Shown here: piece after piece, positions 55,918 through 64,000 of the stretch
How positions within the stretch are numbered: the stretch's first letter is position 1
Layout: each line of letters begins with the position of its first letter
Source of the DNA: Rebecca billardiae RCC1528
Taxonomy: Eukaryota > Protista > Haptophyta
Direction: 5' to 3'
Length of the DNA stretch: 64,000 nt
Assembly (NCBI GenBank): GCA_965240325.2
Contig: OZ251229.1
Coordinates: 1,488,001 to 1,552,000, forward strand
Notes under the pieces: model-generated
What the model was told of the DNA's origin: nothing
Databases searched by the model: none
Seen by the model: the letters and a program-made list of their open reading frames with translations, nothing else
Program-made: the position numbers and the translations under genes

Positions 55918-56955
55918 GTCCGACAGCCAGGCCGTGCTGGCGGTGTGGCCACGGGCACGGGACGGCCGTCTTAGACCTACTACATAGTTCGGTAAACCGA
56001 CTAGTTTATTAATGATAGTTAGCCGCGCGGCTGACTGAGTGACGGTCTACTCGGAGTCTGAGACTGAGTCCGCGTCGGACGGCAGCCCAGTCACTAGGCT
56101 TGGCAACCGCTCATGGCAGTCTGCGACCCCGGGAGGCCGGCCGGACGCCCAACGGTAACTGACAGCCACAGGCAACTTCACGAGACACTCCGTGACTGAC
56201 GGCTCACAGCGGCCGCAGCCGCGCACTCCGTCTCCTGCGGGGACTCGGCGGGGGAAGCGCCACTCAGTCCTCGGGAAGCAACCGGACGCAGTGCGAATAC
56301 GGGCGCAGGTCCGCGGAGCTGTATAGTGTATTGCTGCCAACAGGCGGACAGGGTTCACGGTGGCAGGCAGGAGTCGGCCGGGTGCGTCACTGGCCGAGGT
56401 ACAGGACGGCATCAGTCGCTCGGATCTTCTCTACCAGGGTCACAACGTTGCGTGCTGCTACTCCAGAGTGGCGTCAGCACGCTACTCATGCTTATAATGC
56501 TATTAACTCAGTATTCAGATTTCGCCGTTTCCCGGACAGTGCTGTCAGCTGTGCACGGACCGCGCGGGTCGCCGGGACACGGGGTCGGGTGCCCGCGGGG
56601 TGGCAGAGACAACGGTCAACGGATGACAGCATGCTGATGCAGCGGCGCATGCCCCGCCAATCGGCTTCTACTGGCCCGCCATCCAACCCGGCGGACGATG
56701 GGCGATCACGCCGCGACTGTGAGGCGGGCGACGCCATCGCTACGAGCGGCAGGCGGGGGCTGCGGCAGCGGGGGAGACATCACACCCTGCCGTTGCTGCT
56801 CGCTGCGAGTCTGAACCCTCTTTGATACGGTACCCACCCTTATTCACGGGATACTATGGCCCCCCGTACGGTAGGTATCATAGAAGTAGGCGGGATTGGG
56901 GAGGCCGCTCGCTAGATACGGTGGTGTGCAAATACGGGATAACGGGAATATACAT

Positions 56956-57031
56956 CTGGTCAGGGTAGGGCTGGAGGCTTCGGCCGCCAGCCTGATCACC
57001 CGGAGCCCGTTATAAAGGGGAATTTAAAAAA
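56956..57031 (+). repeat. Second, 5'-truncated copy of the putative retroelement 3' terminus with A-run
   Basis: Matches 15886-15963; followed by TAAAAAA. Confidence 0.75.
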
Positions 57032-57650
57032 GGTATTACCGGTATAGGACGACGACTTCCTCAACGGCAAGGGCGACTACTCCCTCAACTCGGCAAGGCC
57101 ACTAGGCCGCGCACACCGGCCCGGGCGACCACATCCACTACCTGCACTACGGCATCAACTTGAACAGCCTCGGACGACGACGACACGGGCAACTACATGA
57201 TGACCAAGGCCGACGACGACTGCAAAACAGCGGCATCCCCGGGCGCCTACTACCTCAGTGACCGTGTGATCAGCATCGGTTACGACGACTCCCTCACCCG
57301 CGGCCAACGCGCTCCGACATCCTCCATTAACTCCATTCAGTACTTCGACAGACGAATCAGGAGAGCTGCGCCCTCGTGCCTGTGTCTTTAAATCATAGAA
57401 TTGGTATATGATAGCATGTAAATCTTACCGACTTACCGTAACTGTACCCAGGCGCTCTAGAGCTGTATACCCTGATCCCTTCCGGAAGGAACATCCACAA
57501 TCAGATCGCCATCGAAACCACCCGTTCCACGGGGTGTTGTTCCGCCGCCAGGGCGGCGAGGCGGCCCCGCGACCACGGCTGGTGGCGGCAGGATGGCGAA
57601 CAGGTGGCGCGTGGCCGACGTGCGACCGAGAGAAGCGTGACTTGGGCGGC

Positions 57651-58633
57651 GCGCGCCGCGCGGGCGGGATGGCTCGGACCCACGCGCGCCTTTGAGCGCC
57701 CGGCGACCGCGCGCGCATCGGCTTCCTCTGCCTGCAAGTCGCCCGCGACCGCGGCCGCCGCCCGCTTCGAGTGGCCAGTGGGTTGACTGCGCCCGAGTCT
57801 GCTCGCCGCCGAGCGCAGGGATGAGTTGAGCGCGGCGCGAGGCGGCGATCGCGATCGGGCGATCGCATGTGCCCATCCGCGCCCCATTCGCCACGGCGCG
57901 ACCGCTTCAGCATGCGTATGTGACCCCACTTGTCCGGGATGTCGGGAGCCGGCGAACATTGTCGGCTACCGTGTCCGCGCGCGCCGCGCGCGCGCAAGGC
58001 TCGTTCGGATCGGAAACACGTCACAAACGGCATCAGAGCATGCCTATGGCCATGTATTGCCCCGCATGGGGCCACCAAGGTCATGCCATCCACTGCTCTG
58101 CCAGCTTGCACTGTGCGTCAATGCTGACGACAACTTTCTGGTGAGAAGAACTTGCTTAGCAAGTTCTGTCACAATGGTGTACACGGCATCAGTAGACGTC
58201 ACATGACGGCAGATGCGGACCAACCGTGCCCATCAGCTTGCGCGGGGAAGACATCACGAGACGCCACGGAGTGACCTCCGATCCGAACGAGCACTGCGCG
58301 CGCGCGGCGCTGGCGGACACGCTGGCCGACAATGTTCGCCCGCTCCCGACATCCCGGACAAGTGGGGTCACATACGCATGCTGAAGCGGTCGCGCCGTGG
58401 CGAAGGGGGCGCAGATGGGCACATGCGATCGCCCGATCGCGATCGCCGCCTCGCGCCGCGCTCAACTCATCCCCGCGCTCGGCGGCGAGCAGACTCGGGC
58501 GCAGTCAACCCACTCGAAGTGGGCGGCGGCCGCGGTCGCGGGCGACTTGCAGGCGGAGGAAGCCGATGCGCGCGCGGTCGCCGGGCGCTCAAAGGCGCGC
58601 ATGTGTCCGAGCCACCCCGCGAGCGCGGCGCGC
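57651..58633. mobile_element. Foldback/long-TIR element 2 (~360-bp diverged arms, ~263-bp spacer)
   Basis: 57651-58014 is an imperfect reverse complement of 58278-58633; possible outer TIR remnant CCACCCGTTCCA near 57518 and, inverted, near 58815. Confidence 0.8.
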
Positions 58634-58744
58634 AGCGCCGACAGCAACTCATCGACAGCAGAGCGCGTGGATAGCCGCGACGTCGACGTCGCCCGCCCGC
58701 CCCCGCCCCTCCTCAACGGCCGCGCCCCCCGCGTGCTCCCACTG

Positions 58745-58793
58745 TGGTCCGGGAGCTCATAGGTCGTGTCACGACCTATGAGCTCCCGGACCA
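58745..58793. repeat. Perfect palindrome, 24-bp arms, 1-nt centre
   Basis: TGGTCCGGGAGCTCATAGGTCGTG-T-CACGACCTATGAGCTCCCGGACCA. Confidence 0.97.
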
Positions 58794-59402
58794 TGTCCGA
58801 ACTAATCGCCTTTCTGGAACGGGTGGATGTATTGGGGTTAATGATCGCATTAACGGAACTTCTCGAACTCTATGAGCTCGTCGGTTCAGCGCCGAGTAAT
58901 TAATTGCTCTGTGCTTAAGCTCCGTCGCTCATTCGGACATTTCATCGTGCGATATAGCGAAATTGAATGTTCATTTATTGTGCTTGGATTCAGCAATGAA
59001 TCGGCTCCATGAGCCTTATTGACCGCCAACCGATGCCAATCAGGCCAATGGGGGTGTGTGGCGCTTCAGAAAAGTGTTTCAATGCTACTGCTTTTCAGGC
59101 GCGGCTTGACGAGATCAGAATCCTCATCACGATTCCAATATCTCCGCCCCGGGGATACATATCCTCACTGATTACTCCGGCATTTTGGAAAGAACGGGAG
59201 AGTCCATCTCGCGGGGGTGCACTGTCCGAACGAAACCCGAGCGGGATCGGCGTCCTGGACGCAGCCACGACGTTCATTTGGCGCGGTGAGGATCTCGACG
59301 CTTGGCGGTCAAGGCGGTGGGCTGACGGCAAAGCGCCCAGGTAGCCCCCTCGAGAGTCAACGCCGACGTGAAGGCCGCCCCCCCCCCCCCCGTCGCAGCG
59401 CG

Positions 59403-61190
59403 ATGTTCCTCCTGCCGCAAGGCCTGACGGAGGCGCGCGGCGCGGCGTCCGGCCCGGCGACGACCAAGCCCCACGCGGAGGAGGAGACCACCCCCGAGCT
59501 CCCAACCTTCTTCGGCGCTGCGCAGAAGGCGGCGCTGGCGGCGGCCCCGGCTGCGAACTCGCGCCTCCGCGTCGGCGGCGGCCGACTCACCGCGGCCGGC
59601 CCCGGCCGCGCGCGCGCGCCGCGCAACATCTTCGGAGGCGACTCTGCCGCATCGACGCCGTCGGGGCCGTCCGCCAACGAGGTCCCCCTCACCTCGTCCA
59701 TCCTGCCCGACGACGGCCCGCTCTCATCCGTGCTCCGCACCTCGACCGCCAAGAAGGCGCTCACGGCGGCGACGCGCCCGCCGAAGCGTGACCTGCGCAA
59801 GCCGACGCGCGATGCGCGCGACGTGGCCGTGACGCTGCAGTGGAAGGGAGGCGGCGCCGCCGTCTCCGTCGTCGGCTCCTTCACCGACTGGACCGAGCGC
59901 ATCCCGATGGAGGCGGACGGGCCCAACTCGCACTTTGTGACGCTGCACCTGCGCGCGGGCGAGCACAAGTACCTCTTCGAGGTGAACGGCGTGCTGTGCG
60001 TGGCGGACGAGCAGCCTCTGATCGACGTGCCGCGCGGCGAGGCGCCCACGCACGTCGTCAACGTCCTCGAGGTGGACGACGGCCGCGAGTACGACGCGGA
60101 CACGGCGACGGAGCCCGCCGCGACCGCCGCCTCGCCCAAGGCCGACGTCGCCGAGCCGACGGCTGCCGGCTTCGGCGCGCCGACGCCGTACGGCTGGGCG
60201 GCGCTCGGCGCGAAGGCCGAGGAGGACGAGTTCTCCTCCGCCGTGCCGACCAACCTCATCCGCACCTGGCTCGCGCCGCCCTCGCTCCCGGCCCACCTGC
60301 ACGCGATGCACGGCGTGGCGCGCAAGCCGCGCCGCGCGATGCGCACCGGCCCGCCGCCGCCGTGCCACGTCGACCTGCACCACCTGCGCTTCGAGCGCAC
60401 GGCCGAACCGACGACCTCGGAGGACGGCGACTCGTTCTCGGGCTTCACGCCCGCCGACGGCCTCGCCGCCGACGTCCACATGTCCGACGACGACGGCGGC
60501 GTCTCGCCGCACGGCAGCCCACGCACGCGCCGCGCGTGCGCCCAAGTGCCGGTGACCAAGATCACGACGACGACGCGCTACCGCGAGAAGCGCGTCACGG
60601 CCGTGCTGTACAAGCCGCAGCCGACGCGCGCGGCGGATAGCATCCGCGCGGCCGCCGGTGCACGCCGCGCCGCCTCGCTCGTCGAGCTGCCGCAGTGCGC
60701 CGACGAGGCCATGCTGGACGGCGAGCAGCCGTGCGCCCACGCGCCGGCCAACACGCCCGAGGCCGCCAGCTCGCCGCGGCCCTCGCGCACGCCGTCAGAT
60801 GTGTCCATGGACGCGGACGAGGAGATCCCGGCGTCGAGCACGCCGGCGCACCCGACGGCGCAGCGCGCGCTCTTCGGCACGCCGATCCACCACCCGCCGG
60901 CGGCGGCGCCGATGCAGATCCAGCCGGTGCAGCAGCTCGCCGCGTCACACGCCGCCGTCGTCTCGGCGCCGATCCATCAGTTCGCGCACGCGCACGCCGT
61001 CCCGGCGCCGCAGCACCAGCCCCTCTTCCCGCACCTGCCCAGCCAGCAGCCGCAGCCCGGCGCGGTCATGGGCGCAATGTACATGAACGGCCCTGTCATG
61101 CTCGCCTCGGTGCCCGCCCGCGTCGAAGTGCCGATGGCGTGGCACGCGGTGAACCTCGCGAGCGTTCTCGGCGTGCCCGGCAGGGGATGA
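59403..61190 (+). CDS. AMPK/SnRK1 beta-subunit-like protein (CBM48 + ASC) with long C-terminal extension
   Basis: LQWKGGG..V.VVGSFTDW, G.HKYLF.V.G; PPSLPAHL, HVDLHHL, TTRYREKRVTAVLYKP. Confidence 0.8.
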   Translation: MFLLPQGLTEARGAASGPATTKPHAEEETTPELPTFFGAAQKAALAAAPAANSRLRVGGGRLTAAGPGRARAPRNIFGGDSAASTPSGPSANEVPLTSSILPDDGPLSSVLRTSTAKKALTAATRPPKRDLRKPTRDARDVAVTLQWKGGGAAVSVVGSFTDWTERIPMEADGPNSHFVTLHLRAGEHKYLFEVNGVLCVADEQPLIDVPRGEAPTHVVNVLEVDDGREYDADTATEPAATAASPKADVAEPTAAGFGAPTPYGWAALGAKAEEDEFSSAVPTNLIRTWLAPPSLPAHLHAMHGVARKPRRAMRTGPPPPCHVDLHHLRFERTAEPTTSEDGDSFSGFTPADGLAADVHMSDDDGGVSPHGSPRTRRACAQVPVTKITTTTRYREKRVTAVLYKPQPTRAADSIRAAAGARRAASLVELPQCADEAMLDGEQPCAHAPANTPEAASSPRPSRTPSDVSMDADEEIPASSTPAHPTAQRALFGTPIHHPPAAAPMQIQPVQQLAASHAAVVSAPIHQFAHAHAVPAPQHQPLFPHLPSQQPQPGAVMGAMYMNGPVMLASVPARVEVPMAWHAVNLASVLGVPGRG

Positions 61191-61860
61191 GCGGCGGCCG
61201 CCGTGGCACCGGCGCAGGCACTGTCCCGCGGCCGTCTGCCTCTGCGTCGCCGCCGCTGTCAGACTGTTGGCTGTCAAATTGGAACCGTGTGATGAGTGTC
61301 ATCTAAACGCTGCAGGAACTATGCAACAGACTTTCCGCTCAGCGCATCATGGGCTTGCCAGGCGGCTGCCGCGGATGAGTAGTCCGTCCGCCTCCGCGAG
61401 CGTGAACTTGAGAACTTCTGCGGGAACGGTCGGTCGGGACACACTTCCCCCGTGCCGCGGGAACCTAGTTAAGAAGCCAGTCAGAAGTCGATGTGAGAAG
61501 TTCAACCCCTTAAACCACGCGGTTCACGACAACCGTGCCAGGTAAAAGGGGTTTGCATTTATCGTCTATGTGGCATGAGGGTAGAGGCAGCCATAATACG
61601 GAACCATTTCCGCCCGACGAAGCCGTATGACTATGTTCATCATCTTCATAATGAATGTGGGACCGTGGGTCCCATCAGGGAACCGCGGGACGAGCTTCTC
61701 CACTTCTTCTTCCACCCCCGCCGCCCGGCCCGGGCGGCGCTGGTAGTCCGGGAAGGGGGTTAATAAGCACAAAAACTCGGCAGGCGAAAGTCTGATGCTG
61801 GAAAATCAGCGTGTTTTGCCTCCATGGCGGCGAGCCGCCGGTGAGTTGCCCTAGGCGGTG

Positions 61861-64000
61861 ATGCTCGGGCTGGGGAAGCTCTCGCAGCTCAAGGAGTCGG
61901 CGACGCGCCTGGTGAAGGATGCGCAGGACCAGGTACGCATGCATGCGCGCGCCGAGCCGCTCGCGCCGGTCTACTCTTATGGGCAGCCCGCCACCGCGTG
62001 CGCGGCGCGTGCGCGCGTGCGCAGGTGCACAAGCTGGAGAGTCGGATTAACGAGGCCGTGGACGACGAGGGCGCGGCGCCGCGAGCCGAATCCGGCTCGG
62101 CTGCGTCACCGACCACCACGCCGTTCGCGGCCGCCGATGATTGGGGCTCGGCAGGCGACTGGGAGGACGCGCCTCCTGCGCGCGTCGCGGGCAAGCTCGG
62201 TGCGCGCGCAGGGGCGGCGGCGCACGCGCACAGCCAACCAAGTGCGGTGGGCGCGGCGCGAGCGCACCCGTCGGCGCCCGCGTGTGGTGCGTGCAGTGCC
62301 ACGCCGCTCCCACCCACTGCGAGCCCGTCGCTGAGCGCGCAGCCGTCGGCGCGCGCAGCCGCCGCGTTGGCGCCCGCTGGCACGGCGCAACGCCAAGGCA
62401 CGGCCGGGCCAGGTGCGGCCGCGCCGGGACTGTCCGCGGCCAGCGCGCCGGCGGCGGCGGCGGGGACGACGACGGTGACGAAGAAGAGCGCAGAGCCGGC
62501 GGCGAGCTGCGGGTCGACGCAAGCCACGCCTGGGTCGGACGCCAAGGCGCACGCAGCCGCTACGCCCGCCGCAGCGCAGGCCAGCAGCGCTCCTGCGCCG
62601 CCTGAGCACTCGGCGGCAGGCGCGCCCGCGGCGCAGCCGGTGGCAAGCATCGGAGCCGCGGTGTGTGCCGCGCATGCGCCCGCGCCGTCAGAGGCGGTTG
62701 CATGCTCGGCGGGCGCAGATGCTCCCGCCGCGAATGACCCCGCGCTCGCTGCTGCGCCCGCGGCGGCGGGCCTCGGGGCGCCACCGCGCCAGCCGGCGCC
62801 GGCTGGCGGCAGCGCGGACGGCGCCGCGCCGTCCGCGGCGCGGGCGCGCGTCCAAGCGGCCGCCCCGGCGTCCCTGGCCGCGACGGGGCTCGAGCCGGCC
62901 CCAGCGGGCGCGTGCGAGGCGGCGTGGGTGGGAGCCGCCCCGGCGCACGCTGCCGAGCCGCACGCCCCAGCCCCCGCCGCGCTCCCGGCCGAGCTGGCGC
63001 ACGGTGCGCACGCCACAGGGGCGGGCGGCGGCGCGCTCACCGCCGCGAGGGGAACTAGTGAGCCGGCGCCCGAGGCTGACGGCCCCCCCTCGCCGCGGCT
63101 GGCGCGGACGCTCACCGCCGAGCCGGCGACGAGCTGGGCCGAGGCGGAGGGGAGCGAGAGCGTCGCTGACTCGACGGCGACGTCGCCGCGCTCGCCGCCC
63201 ACGCCGTCCTCCGCGCCCGCCCTAGCGCTGGAGGTGACGGCAGCGGCGGCTGGCGCTGCGGCTGGCTCGGCGGATTGCACCGAGCGCGCGCGCGCGGACG
63301 CGGGCGCCGCGCTTGGCTCGGCGCCCGCCGCGGCCGGCGCGGAGGCAGGCGCACGCGCGCGAGGCAAGGATGGCGAGCCCGTCGCGTCCCAGCCCGGCGC
63401 ACTCTGCGAGGACGAGGCGCAGAGCAGCGCGGATGGCGCGTGCTCGGGTGCGGGCGGCGCGGCGCACGGCGCGGCGGCGCGCGGCGCGGGCGGCGCGGCG
63501 CTCGGCCTCGTCGGCGGCCTGACCGATCGGCTGAGTGACACGCTCGCCGGCGGCCTCGGCGGCGCGGCGCCGCACACGCTCCCCTCTCGCGGCCTCCGAG
63601 CTGGGCACGCGCTCGCTCGACGTCTCACAGAGTCGCTCGGTCCGGACCTGCAGCCGGACCTGCAGCCGCAGCCGCACGCGCTGGGCGGAAGCGGCGGCGG
63701 CGTGGATGGCGGCGGTGAGGCGTGCGCGGGCGTTGCGGGGGGCGGCGCGTCCGGCGGCGTGGCGGGCGAGGGCGCGCCGGGCTCGTCCGCGCACGCAGCC
63801 GCCAGCCCCGCCGCCCTCCTCGAGCAGAACGCCGCGCTGCGCGCTCGGCTGCAGCGCGCTGCAGACAGGGCCGAGGCGCTGGCCGAGCAGGCGGCAGCCA
63901 AGGACTCGCAGCTCGGGCAGCTGCTCAGCGAGGGCGAGGCGCTGTCGCGGCGGCAGGCGGAGCTGGAGAAGGGGATCCGGAAGCTGCGGAAGGAGCGCGA
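61861..64000 (+). CDS. TMF1/Sgm1-like golgin (runs off the window); exons 61861-61932, 62025->64000
   Basis: GT-AG intron 61933-62024; long Ala/Pro-rich linker, then KDSQLGQLLSEGEALSRRQAELEKGIRKLR resembling the TMF coiled-coil motif. Confidence 0.7.

Noticed and set aside
1-64000. Many long antisense or alternate-frame ORFs (e.g. 6902-8791 +, 52916-54649 +, 61889-63901 -)
   Set aside because: Shadow ORFs of real genes caused by high GC and stop-codon scarcity
1-64000. CRISPR arrays, tRNA or rRNA genes
   Set aside because: No regularly spaced repeat-spacer array or recognisable RNA gene seen; context is eukaryotic

Overview
GC-rich eukaryotic nuclear DNA. Short GT-AG introns, a KDEL-bearing BiP, Rab5 and a signal-peptide UroD suggest an alga with a complex plastid; haptophyte-like is a guess, not proven. 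About 22 protein genes are supported, many in tight head-to-head pairs: GDSL lipase, nuclear mitochondrial-type Rps3, membrane-anchored beta-carbonic anhydrase, BiP/UroD, PhyH-type dioxygenase, Rab5/MRPL28, a SERGT1-ShKT fusion, class-III aminotransferase, GINS Psf3, two paralogous homeobox genes, methyltransferase/ECH1, a degenerate sulfatase, FMO/2OG oxygenase, AMPK-beta-like and TMF1-like. Gene modules are separated by repeat-rich spacers holding hAT, Harbinger, Tc1/mariner MITE and LINE relics, two ~1 kb foldback elements, palindromes and tandem duplications. The most unusual signal: where two older copies of a spacer repeat can be aligned, they differ by 2-10 nt 'short duplication + filler' insertions. 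These may explain the CAGT/ACTG/GACT-rich texture of the spacers and suggest an indel-generating process acting on repeats. All alignments and motif calls were made by eye; no searches were run.
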